NCBI GenBank assembly: GCA_030390025.1
Contig: CM059427.1
Span: 186,558,001 to 186,622,000, forward strand
DNA from: Squalus acanthias
Taxonomy: Eukaryota
Direction: 5' to 3'
Length of the DNA stretch: 64,000 bases
Below are positions 12,169 through 23,986 of the stretch, in pieces (the first letter of the stretch is position 1; every line of letters starts with the position of its first letter). Under the pieces are notes generated by a model, which saw only the letters and a program-made list of their open reading frames with translations, did no database searches and was not told where the DNA came from. Made by a program: the position numbers and the translations under genes.

Positions 12169-12733
12169 GTCTCGCTGACATATTGCCCCAAATCCATGCG
12201 AAATCGGATTGGGAAGGGAGCAGAAATAACTTGCTTGCTATTTACTCTTACAATGTTAACTTTATTGCTCTGGAGGCTACAGCTCCAGGTTTCTTGTTTT
12301 GGAGTAAATTTGCCTCTGAATTGCTCCCAGCAATAGACTGGGGAATCTGAGTGCACAGGACTCTGACACTCAGGGCTGGATTGTTCCAACCTCGGTGGGT
12401 CTGCGGCGTGTGGGGACCTCGCATCTGTCTCGATCCCGGCCTCCAACTAGATTTTACGTTGATTGGGCTTCTTAAGCCCGCCCTGCGATGTTCCCGGCCA
12501 ATTAATAGGAAGCAGGTCTGATGATGCCATTTGATGATGCATCATCAGCTGATTTCCTTAAAGGGGCCATGTCCAAAATGATTTTGACAATTCTGCTGTC
12601 AGTGTTCTACAGCATTGAGGTGCTGCAAACACTGCACAAAGGTGCACAGCTGCACCCAGGCTTTCCCATGACTCCCTCCATATGCTTATGCAGGGAGACA
12701 CAGCATGCAGGGAGGTTCTCTTCCCTTCCCATG

Positions 12734-12864
12734 TAACTCTACCTGACGAAGGGGCAACAGCTCCGAAAGCTTGTAATTTTAAATAAATCTGTTGGACTAT
12801 AACCTGGTGTTGTGCGACTTCTCATTTTTGTCCAGCCCAGTCCAACACCGGCATCTCCGCATCA
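12734..12864 (+). mobile_element. 131-bp Penelope pLTR 3' fragment with hammerhead motif
   Basis: 9-bp TSD CTTCCCATG (12725-12733 / 12865-12873); matches pLTR ends at 37893 and 51327. Confidence 0.85.
12740..12775 (+). ncRNA. Minimal hammerhead ribozyme motif
   Basis: TAC-CTGACGA-A-GGGGC/GCTCC-GAAA-GCT-T-GTA. Confidence 0.7.
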
Positions 12865-14619
12865 CTTCCCATGGGTGGAAGAGTCCTCCCCAGTATACCA
12901 AGACAGCCTGGTTGCACATTGCACAGGAGGACACAAGCAGGGATGTTGTCAGGAGAACCAGACTGCAGTGGCGCAAACCTTTCAATGATCTCAGTAGATC
13001 ACGGAACCTTACTGCAAAGCCACACTCAACCTCATCCTGCTGTGCCTCTCATCACATCCCCATCACCCTGCCTTCCCTACCCTACTCCTACACATCCTTA
13101 CTCACACCAACTTACCTTTCATCTCCACCCATCCCTCTGTATCTACATTATCACTTCCCAATCTCACTAGCCACCCCTCGCACTCACCCTCACCCTAATG
13201 CAATCATACCAACTAACAACACACAAGGGTAGGCACTTGTGTGTTTTAGCCAATGTTCGTGTAAACTTTCTGTTATTGTGTTGTCAAGCATTGAAATCCT
13301 TATTGTCACCACTTTGTCTTCTTGCACAGATTTGTGTGCACCTTTGAAAGTGTCTTAGTGAGTTCCAGTGAATGGTGAGACATAACTTCCCCCTGCCCCA
13401 CCACTGCCCCTATGGTGATGAGTGTGAAAGGAATGGTTTGGACATTGTAGGGATGCTTTATGGTGCTGGTGTGTGGTGGTGCCAACCTGGTGCATCATGT
13501 GGCAGTCAGAGTGTTCAGTGTTAAGTGAAGCATATCTGGACATGGCATGGCCATTGCTGGTGTCCCGGGCATCAATGTGCATGGGTGATGATTCTCCGTG
13601 TCCAGTGCAGCATCAGTTGATTGCGGAGAAGGTTGGTGTGGATGTTGGTGCTGCTGGTGTGTCTGGTGATGTTGGTGTTGGGGCTGATCGTGGTGGGATT
13701 CTGAGGACCAAGGTGAGATTTTTTTCAAGGGCACTGATGCTGCTGGAATAGATGGCAGGTGAGGTTGAGATGACAGAAGTAATCTGTCAATGTTGAGATA
13801 GGTTGTTCCATGGAGGTGACAGTGGATAGAGAGATTAATCCAAATACTTCAAAAGGGAACATTTTTCTTTTGTTATCCCATCTTTTACACCATGTCCTAC
13901 CGGAGACAGTGTGGACAGACAGCCTATTTCCAGGACTTTACCAAAGGTACCCTCCAACCTGCCACAGGGAGGTGCATGAGGTGAGTTGTTGCCGCTGTAT
14001 CTTTTCACCCTCCCTGGGGAATGCCCATCCACACATTTCCTACCTCCTTCTGAAACCTGGACTGAGATCGTATATTTGATTTGTGACACATCATGGACAC
14101 AAACTCATTCCATGGTCGTGTCTTGCTGCTGTAATATGCATTGTGGTGCCATTCCCGAGAAGCACTGTCATGGATTAATTCTTGCTCAATCAAGATCTAC
14201 CCCGTTGAGTGCAGTTCTCATTCAAGTAGCCATTATTCAAGTACAAGCCTAGACAATGAGGATCATTCGCCTATTGTACAGCGGGAAGCATCACAGCTGA
14301 ATCGGATCCTTTACTTACCAGTCATCTGCACACATCTCCTCTCCAGAAGGAATCACCGGATTGGAACCAGGAACTAGAACCCAGTGTGATTTTTTTCCTG
14401 TCCCTAACTGAAGGCACTGAGGACAGTTGTAGCACTCCAATGTTCCTGAGTGAGGTCAGTGAACTTGGATCAGGAATTAAACCGAGGGCCTTCTGGTCTG
14501 TACGGCTTAATGGTAAATCAGACAGTAGGGTTATCTACTGGGCCATTAGGGGAGCTTAATTTTTTTTAAGAAGTTAATCTATAAACTAAATGTGAAATAT
14601 ATGCTTATTCTTCTGACAG

Positions 14620-14727
14620 GTGGTTACACTTTTAAACATATCATTGTCGTTATTTTCGGGAGTCTGGCTCTTCTCCTCTTCATTATCCTGGCAGTGGTGC
14701 TGTGTCTGAGAAAGTGCAAGGTTGCAG
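14620..14727 (+). CDS. Ig-receptor transmembrane exon
   Basis: ttctgacag acceptor, GCAG|gtaag donor, 108 bp, phase 1-1; SGYTFKH-IIVVIFGSLALLLFIILAVVLCL-RKCKVA: hydrophobic span with no charged residue, followed by basic stop-transfer. Confidence 0.9.
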
Positions 14728-14984
14728 GTAAGATATGTAGATTGCTAAAACCAATTTCAGGTTTCATACATGCAAACAAATGTGAATGTGGCACATGATT
14801 CCAAAAATTAAGAATGACAATTATATCCTTGTTTAAAATTAAACAATGTAATCCACTAGGATTGGATAATCAGATGTGTTTGTGTTTTTATGTGTCAAAT
14901 ATTCCAGGAAGGCATTAGGTCCTGAACTGCTAGAATGATGGGAGTTCGATACTGGGTTATGCAACTGGTCACAGATGAATAATA

Positions 14985-15410
14985 AGAACAACAACGTGCA
15001 TTAATATAGCGCCTTTAAGGTATTAAAACCTCCCAAGGCACATCACAGAAGCATTCTAAAATAAAATTTGACTCTGAGCCACCTAAGGAGATATTAGGAC
15101 TGGTGACCAAAAGCTTGGTCCAAGAGATCTGTTTTAAAGGGCGTCTTAAAGGAGAAAGAGGTAGCGAGGCGGAGAGATTTGGGGAGGGAATTCCAGTGCT
15201 TACAGTCTAGCCAGCTGAAGGCACGGCCACCAATGGTGGAGCGATGAAAATCGGGGATGTGCAAGAGGCCGGAATTGGAGGAACGCAGAGATCTCGGAGC
15301 GTTGTAGGGCTGGAAGAGTTTACAGAGGTAGGGAGGGGCGAGGCCATGGAGGGATTTGAAAACAAGGATGATAATTTTAAAACTGAGTCTTTGCCAGACT
15401 GGGCACAGTA
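14985..15410 (-). mobile_element. L2 LINE 3' end
   Basis: Reverse of L2 tail (aacaacaac...atatagcgcctttaa) and C-terminal coding remnant. Confidence 0.7.
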
Positions 15411-17360
15411 TAGGTTACAAGGTTAGATGGGTGTTCTGGATATTTTCTCAGTTATCTTTTAAACAAGGGGAAACATAATTTGGGACATTTAGTAAGTTGG
15501 GTGGATTTCACAAAACAATCATCGATACATGGTCTACAGGAGGAATGGGTTTAATGGGCGAATGATCTTCATATATCAGACATTTTGCACTTATTTTGGT
15601 TATATCTGGCAATGAAAATATTTGAAGGGCACAGGGATAAGCCAATATATTATAATCTATATAGCTCCATTCATTTTCTGACTGTAAGGAATTTTACCTG
15701 TGAAATGTAACACGCTGAGTTGAATAATGTTGATTTATCCTAGAGTTTTTCACCAAATGTGTGGATGGGCACATTTGTTGAAAACAGGATTGGTCTCAAC
15801 TGTGATGCCTCCTGAGAATCTTGACTCTCTAGGTTCATAGAGGAAGGCTGGTTGCTTAGGTAACAGGCACCCTAGAGAAACAGTGAAAACAGATCGTGTT
15901 GATTCATTCAGATGCAAATTAGATAGATTCCTTTCAGAAAATAACATTTTGGGAAATAGTAGAAGAGTAATTTGACACATAACATATGGTAAGCGTAACG
16001 TGCTTGGGAGGAACAGGTGATCTTGGACCTGTGGCTCCCAAAGCTCTCCACCACTGGGGTTTTCCTCGCCTCATGCCTGGGTCTGTTGTAGACTAATTGA
16101 TAGAGATTGACTCCTATGATTAGTCAACAACTCCATTATTGCGAATATGAATACCAGGATGGTAGAAGTTGATCTAAATGGACCTTGCTCTTTTTTCGAC
16201 TAGCAGTTCCTATGTTCTTATGTTAAGTATTGAAGGGCTGATTTCATCCATAGAAGCAACAAGAAGTACTTTTGGGAAAGGGAGAAAAAAAAATATCGAG
16301 GCTGATGCTTATAAAAGCTTTTTAGTCTGGAACAGTTTTTACTCTACTATTGACAGTTGTCTTTGTAACAAAGTTTTCTGCAATGTCAAGCTGGGGGTAT
16401 ATCACCAGAGTGGTTTCCCTCGTCTCCTGCCCTCCTCGGGAAGAGAAGTGCCTCTGATTGGTGGATGTGCGTGTATGATGATATTTGATGAGGACACAAT
16501 TAGTCTCAGCTGTGCTGATGTCCACAGAAGAGTGATCCAACTCTGCACATCGTCCATTCCCACAGAGGTAGCAACAGTCTGTTACTGCCCATGGAACTGT
16601 ACTCCTATAATTGGGGAAAGAAAATAAGACATCTTATCACATGTGAAGTAAAGGAAAGAGAGAGCCTCCATTTCTATAGCATCATCTTAAAAATAATAAT
16701 TCTCAGGATGTGGGGGTTGCTGGCATTTACTGTCTATCCCTAGATGCCCACAATACAAATGGGTGGCATGCTAGGCCACCTCAGAGGGCAGTTAAGAGTC
16801 AACCAAGTTTGTGGGGGACTGGAATTACATAGGCCAGACTGGGTAAGGGTGGCATGTTTCCCTCCCTGAAGGACATTAGTGAATAAGTTGGGTTTTTGCA
16901 ACAATCCAATAGCTTCATGGTCACTCTCACTGATACCAGCTCTTTATTTCCAGATTTATTTTTTAAACTGAATTCAAATTCTCAAACTGCCATGGTGGGA
17001 TTTCAACTCACGTTCTCTGGATTATTAGTCCAAGCTTCTGGTCCTCAAGATGTCCTATAGCAATTCTCGGCCAATCAATTACATATGAAGTGTAGTTACT
17101 GTTGTTATCGAGGCAAACATAGCAATCAAATTGATCTAATGAAGATCCTGCAACAGTAAATGAGATGAATGATCACCTAGTCTGTTTCTTGGTGCTGTTG
17201 GTTGATGGAGAAATTTTGGCCAGGACACTGGAAGAACTCTGTGCATGCTTTGATCTTTGACACCCAACTGAATGGACAGACAGAGTCTGAATTTAATATC
17301 CTATTCACCTCTGACAATGCAGCACTGAGGTATCAGCCTAGATTATGCGCTCATGTCCGA

Positions 17361-18184
17361 GGGCTGGATTTTGCCAATGGGGAGCTTTTGGAGGCGGGAC
17401 TCCCACTTGTCGGGGTTCAGTCCCGCCTCCATCAACTTCTGGCCAACCCACGGTAATTTCCCTTGATTGACCTTGTTAAACCTGCCCAGCGGGCTTAGCA
17501 GGCCAATTAAGGGAAAGTCGGTTACAGAGAACGTCAAAAATTTTTGACAGATGAATTGTCATCGTTTGACAGCTCTGTGAAGCTGTCAAACACTGACATT
17601 CTCTGTAGTTTGATGAGTTCTTGAATTCAAGACCTCATCAAACCTCTTTCTTTTGCAGAAATTAGATGGTTGTTGCACTGGAGAATGCAACGGCCATCTG
17701 TCATCTCTACCACGGAGGTGCGAGACTCTCCGCATACCCACCGTCTGAAGCCCGCAGGAAGAAACAAAGGTAAGTACACTCTTTCTAACACTTTCCGCTT
17801 ACCTCACATACTCACCTCTCCAAACTTGCACCCATCACTTACCTTCACAGCGCACTTTTGGACCCCCCCGACCCCCGCAGACCCACTACTCGCCTCGGTG
17901 AACCTGGCGGGTTTCGGAGCCTTTGGGTAGCCCGCACTTGTGTGGGCAAAATGGGAATAATCCTCTTATCTGCCTGTTTACTACCTGTTAACAGGCAGTT
18001 AAGTGGCTGTAATCCCTTCCCGCCTCCAAGGAGACAGGACCCGGCGCGGGACGGCTTCCCACCTCCTGGCAAGATGGCATGGAGGCGGGTTGGGTATGGG
18101 TTGGGCACCCGGCCCAAGATTCTGCCATTTTCCCGGCAGTCCCGTCTCCAAACCCGCCTCCCCAGGGCTGGCAAAATCCAGCCC
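17361..18184. mobile_element. PIF/Harbinger-type MITE inserted in a Deu-SINE
   Basis: TIR GGGCTGGATTTTGCCA / TGGCAAAATCCAGCCC. Confidence 0.85.
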
Positions 18185-18477
18185 CTGGAGTGGGGCTTGA
18201 ACCCACAACCTTCAACAACAAGTGAATAAAAACAGAAAATGCTGGAAATACTCAGCAGGTCAGGCAGCATCAAGTGAATAAGTTGGCCTGCAATGTATCA
18301 CCAAGTCTATATCTAGGGTTAACAGAGATATCAATGATATCTTGTCACAATGTGTTTCATACTTAAAAAAGATATCTGTGCGAATGGTCCATTTTATTAC
18401 TGAGCTTGTTTATTAGAATGCCTGAAATTTATAAGGAAAGCTGAATGCATTTTAATCGGTGACCTCTGTATGAACAG

Positions 18478-18576
18478 GTTTGGGAAATCAAAGACAGAAA
18501 CCTCTGCAACCAGGAGAAAATATAGAAGATGCATCTCCGCTTTATTCAAATGCTAATGAAATGCAGCAAATCCAAG
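18478..18576 (+). CDS. Ig-receptor cytoplasmic exon 1 (PLYSN motif)
   Basis: tgaacag acceptor, CAAG|gtaata donor, 99 bp, phase 1-1, open: GLGNQRQKPLQPGENIEDASPLYSNANEMQQIQ. Confidence 0.75.
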
Positions 18577-19189
18577 GTAATATTTAAACACTAATAACAT
18601 AGTAGGAGTTTTACAAGTGCTCTGCTCCATTTGTTCATGGTTATTATGAATCCCCTTTGTAATTTTCAGTTACACTTAAAAGACACTCAAACACAGAAAT
18701 GTTGTGTTTTTATTCTGTCACATCCAAATATCCTTTAGAATGCAAGTGCATATTCTTATCCTTCATAAGCACTTCCCATTTTTAATAATATGTCATCATT
18801 GCAGACTCTTCTTATTAAGCTTAGATCCTCGGATACCGTGGGACATAGACTACTCAAAGTCACAATTATCAGCTCTTCCTAAACAACACCCAGGAGTAAG
18901 ATTACTGATGGTGAGACTGGTCGCAGTTACCCATCCAAAAACCTGTTGAAGCTCATTCATTGAAAGTATTTGGAACTCAAGACTGGGAATTAATCTGGAA
19001 CCTTCTACGTCTTGATGTAATTTCAACTATTTGTCATACTTCATATAAATTTGCAGGGTTACGGGCAAAGGGCGGGGGAGTGGGATTGGCTGAAGTGCTC
19101 TTGCAGAGAGCCGGCATGGGCTCGATGGGCCGAATGGCCTTCTTCCGTGCTGTAACCATTCTATGATTTTACGATTCTATATGCATGGC

Positions 19190-20385
19190 ATTTTACAACA
19201 ACAACTTGTATTTATATAGCGCGTTTAACGTAGTAAAACATCCCAAGGCACTTCACAAGAGTGTCATCAAACAAAATTTGACACTGAACAACATGAGGAG
19301 ATATAGGGCAGATGGTCAAAAGCTTGGTCAAAGATTAGGCTTTAAGGAGCGTCTTGAAGGAGGAACAAGAGGTAGAGAGGCATAGAGGTTTAGGGAGGGA
19401 ATTCCAGAGCTTAGGGCGTTCGCAGCTGAAGGCAAGGCTGCCAATGGTGGAGCAATTAAAATCGGGGACATAAGAGCATAAGAACTTTAGAAATAGGAGC
19501 AGGAGTCGGCCATTCGGCCCCTCGAACCTGCTCTGCCATTCAATAAGATCATGGCTGATCTTCTACCTCATCTCCACTTTCCTGCACTATCCCCATATCC
19601 CTTGATTCCATAATATCCAAAAATCTAGCGATCTCTGTCTTGAATATACTCAACGACTGAGCATCTACAGCCCTCTGGGGTAGAGAATTCCAAAGATTCA
19701 CCACCCTCTGAGTGAAGAAATTTCTCCTCATCTCAGTCCTGAATGGACTACCCCTTATTTTGAGACTGTGACCCCTGGTTCTAGACTCCCCAGCCAGGGG
19801 AAACATCTACCCTGTCAAGCCCTGTAAGAATTTTGTATGTTTCAATGAGATCACTCCTCATTCTTCTAAACTCTGGAGAATACAGGCCTAGTCTCCTCAA
19901 TCTGTCCTCATAGGACAATCCCCCCATCCCAGGAACCAGTCTGGTGAACCTTTGTTGCACTCCCTCTATGGCAATTAGATCCTTCTTTAGGTAAGGAGAC
20001 CAAAACTGTACACAATACTCCAGGTGTGATCTCATCAGGGCCCTATATAATTGCAATAAGATGTCTTTACTCTTATACCCAAATCCTCTTGTAACAAAGG
20101 CCAATATACCATTTGCTTTCCTAATTGTTTGCTGTATCCGCATGTTAACTTTCAGTGATTCGTAAACAAGGACGCCAGGTCCCTCTGACCACTAACATTT
20201 CCGAATCCCTCACTGTTTAAAAAATGCTCTGCTTTTTCAAGAGTCCAGCATTGGAGGAGCGCAGATATCTCAGAGGGTTGTAGGGCTGGAGGAGATTACA
20301 GAGAAAGGGAGCAGCAAGGCCATGGAGGGATTTGAAAACAAGGATGAGAATTTAAAAATCATTACTTAACCAGGAGCCAATTTAA
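19190..20385 (-). mobile_element. L2 3' end with a nested CR1 3' fragment (~19470-20237)
   Basis: CR1 RT C-terminal ORFs 19549-19806 and 19781-20143; L2 sequence resumes after 20237. Confidence 0.85.
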
Positions 20386-20490
20386 CCAATTTTAACACAG
20401 TCCAATCGTCATTTGGAGACTTTCAAACAATTAACATTAATAAAAGACACCACACAACAATAGTCTGTGCTCCTTTAAATCTCACTTATC

Positions 20491-21256
20491 GGGCCAGAAA
20501 TTCGGGTCGGAGGCTTCCCGCGGGTGCAAGCCCCCGACCTGCACTTACCTAGCACGCCTGCCGTTGTGCTCTGGGCCCGCGTGGAATTCCGATCCTGGGC
20601 CTCCTCCAGCTGCCGGCGCGCAGTGCTTGCGTATCCCAGGGGCGCAGTTAGTTCGAAGCATCCCCAGGGATCACGTGGGCCATGGAGAGCCAATCAGATC
20701 AGGGAATCTCCATTCATAGATTTGACAGGAAGACCTGTCAAATCTATGAATAGAGATCGGCCCCAAAACCTCACTAATACTTCAAATACATTTTTTTTTT
20801 TAAATCACATTTTTAAAATAACTATAAATTACACAAAATAACTATTTTAAACAATAATTTAAATTTTTGAAAAAATTAATTACAGTTTTTAACGGGGCTA
20901 AAAATAAACTTACCTTTCTTTAAAGTATTTAAAAATAATAAACCTGTGGAAAAAATGTTTTAATTTTACTTAATTCACCACTTACCTTGTTAAAAGCAGG
21001 CCTTGTGCCTGCTTTTTCCCCGCGCAGCTGCTGGGGACTTACCCTCACACAGAAACCTGAAAAAAAAACCGGAAGTTCGATGCATGCGCGCTGCCTCTCC
21101 GGCGCACGCGTTTGACCTCCGAACCCCTTCTTTCAAGGGAACGGAAGTTCCGGTTTCCAGCGCATGCGCAGTACATGCGCGAAACCGGCACTTTCATTTG
21201 GTCTACGAGTGAGTACACAGCGCGTACTCACCCGTGGAGACCCGAATTTCTGGCCC
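20491..21256. mobile_element. MITE with 18-bp perfect TIR
   Basis: GGGCCAGAAATTCGGGTC / GACCCGAATTTCTGGCCC; internally related to 33958-34722 and 53308-54056. Confidence 0.88.
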
Positions 21257-21632
21257 TAGTGTGTTATAGTTTGCTGTGTGTCCCAATTCACAGTGGGATT
21301 AATTGTTTCATTTTGAGTCCTTAACACTTTCCCTCTAAAAGAGAGCTCACACATTTCCTCAGATATCACCCTACAACCATTAGATTCCTCCAACACACGT
21401 CACAAATACTCTAGTGTTTCTAAAACCACTTGAGACAACTAGTGCCAAAGATTCAGAACTTCATGAATATCTTTTTTAGACATTAATGTTTCCTCTGAAG
21501 GACTGATCCCACTTTCCTGATCATTCGAATATATCTCATTAGCAATGGAGCAGTTTTTGTATAAATGCCTGATACAGCTTTTTGAAAATCAGACCATGCT
21601 AATGCGTTAATCAGAAAAATATTTTTTCCCAG

Positions 21633-21710
21633 GAGATAACGAGACACCGGTGCCTGAGACAAGTAGATTTGCTGAATATGCAACTGTCAGTAGAAAGGCA
21701 AAAGAAGACA
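21633..21710 (+). CDS. Ig-receptor cytoplasmic exon 2 (ITSM-like AEYATV)
   Basis: ttttttcccag acceptor, GACA|gtaagt donor, 78 bp, phase 1-1: GDNETPVPETSRFAEYATVSRKAKED. Confidence 0.82.
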
Positions 21711-22691
21711 GTAAGTAGATGAATCATATTATGTGGCTCTATCAGTGGAAGTATTGTTAACATAGAAACTGTCAGATTTCATTGAGTTAAAACATTGGTT
21801 CTAGTTTAAAACTTTGGCTCGGAAGCTCTTCAGAGAGGCAATGATAAATTCTGAGATATTTTAACAACCCTTAGTAAAATAGATCTTTGTGTTTCTGGTC
21901 CTCTATAAAAGGCTTCAAGCACAATACAGCTGCCTATTTATTCAGTCATTTTAGTCATTGTGTAGAACACAAGTTTGCAAATAGAATGGCTGTTTAGAAA
22001 TAATATGAATCACTAAAATAAAGTAAACAGTTAGCAACAAGTGCAGTTGTCAGGATCACATTTGGCTTTGAGACTCCAGATGATCATATTGCTTCCCAAC
22101 ACTTCATATCCAGACTCACAGATGAAGAATCAATATTTGAGTTATTTACTGGAGGACTGGAACCAGAACCTAGTGAGAGTCAGGAGAAGTGGGAGTAAAG
22201 AGAATAAAGAGTAATGTTGGAAAAAATATAATGATTAGCGAGCTATGTTTTTAATTTACATTGTTTAGTAAATCTGCAGCAACAGATGCTTATTCTCCAA
22301 CTTATGAGTCAACTTGGCAGCACTGTCACTTCGGAGACAGAAATTTATGGGTTCAAGCCCCATTACAGACTTTGAGCATGTACTCTAGACTGACACTTCA
22401 GTGGGAAGACTGCACTTTTGAAAGTGTTGTTTTATCAGTTGAGAACTGTTTCGGTGAATGTTAAAGATACCATCATATCATTTGAAGGAGAGCAGGAAGT
22501 TGTGCTGACAAAGATTCTTCTCTCAACCAACAGCACCACAAGAGATTAACTGGTTGTTATCTCATTTCCTGCTTTTGGGACCTTGAATGGTGTTTGTTTA
22601 CCGAACAACAGGACTTACACTTTAAAAGATATAAATATATATATAGATACATATAGATGCAAACTCTTTATTTCCATCTTATTCTCTGCAG

Positions 22692-22748
22692 ACACAGAAA
22701 GAGAAGATATTCATTACGGATCTATCGTTTTTCAGAAAGAAGCACCAG
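22692..22748 (+). CDS. Ig-receptor cytoplasmic exon 3 (ITIM IHYGSI)
   Basis: attctctgcag acceptor, CCAG|gtagtg donor, 57 bp, phase 1-1: NTEREDIHYGSIVFQKEAP. Confidence 0.82.
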
Positions 22749-23986
22749 GTAGTGAAAACTAACATTTTTCATTTTTTTTCATTTTTGTGTTAATCCAGGT
22801 GAGGAATGTTAGGGCTGGGTAATAAAACTCATTATATTTAGGCCCCTCATGTCAGCATCAGGCACTCCTCGGGTAAAGCTCCTCATACTCTGCCCCGTCA
22901 AAGTGTCCCGTCGCCAATCTCAGAAGGGCACCAGTGGGCCATTTTTCCATTTGCCACACACAGACATCTTGTGCCCTCTCTGAGTGAAATGGCCAATAAT
23001 GTTGAATTAGAGAAAGAATTGTGCTGCAGGTCTGTTCATAGTAGGAACTGCTCTGAGACTGTAGAACTAGAAATAAGAAATATTAACGTACCTCAACAGT
23101 AAGACACAGTATTGTGGTGACTACGGGACTGGACTAAAAACCGGAAATTCAGGAGTTCCAATCATACCATGGTATGCAGTGAATTTGAATCAAATATATC
23201 TCACAATTTATAGGCCAGCACCAGGGAAATGATAATTGGGTTTACTAATGTCCTTCAGGGAAACGCATCTGCCTTGTGGCTTAAATGGGTCTCTAATCCA
23301 CACTATGTAGTTAACGCTTTCTGCTCCCCGAAGCATATAATTGCTTCAGGAAGAATGTCCACTGCCTTCTTAGGGCAACTAGGGATGGGCAATAAATGTG
23401 ACTCTGAGAATAAACATATAAAATATTGTAGGATGGCGAAGGGCCCTTAAGACCAGTGCATTCTCCTGCACAGACAATAAAGCACGGTAACTGTTGGCGA
23501 TATTGTATACTTTATTAATAGAATCGGTGTAGTCTTTCCAATTGGAACTTTTTCTAGAAAAAAGTTGACGTGATAGACAACCTCTATTATTGTAACTAAT
23601 TTTGAACTAAATGTTGAAGTTATTAGCAATATGGAACCATAGTAAGAGGAAAACATCTGACATTTTGGAATCATATCACACCAAATATTGCACAGGTGGC
23701 GTAGAACTTGATTCAGCCTTCTGAGGGCCGGCTTTACTTAGGGGGTCACCCTCTCACCTCTGAGAAAGAAGGTCATGGGTTCACACCTTGCTTGCTGCAA
23801 TCTACACAGAGGGACTGTTGCATTGTTGGAGGTGCGATGTCTAGAACAGTGACTAAACTATAAAAGTGTTTATTTTGCTTTGGGATGCCTTGAAGATGTG
23901 AAAGACACTGTGAAAATTCTTCCCAAGTTGATATAAGTAAAGCTGATATTCCTATCAGTGGCGAGGAAACAATTATTCCCTGGGTC

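Larger units (their letters stand above)
12373..13830. mobile_element. Decayed, internally deleted PIF/Harbinger element (Myb/SANT remnant on +, transposase N-terminal remnant on -)
   Basis: Starts GGGCTGGATT; PPQYTKTAWLHIAQE...RRTRLQWRKPFNDL aligns with the Myb ORF at 55375; right end not defined. Confidence 0.7.

Noticed and set aside
10905-12446. 513-aa and other long ORFs (ANHSP / PIIPR / GQSFP repeats)
   Set aside because: Translations of the minisatellite; open in several frames, with frames shifting between 14- and 15-bp units.
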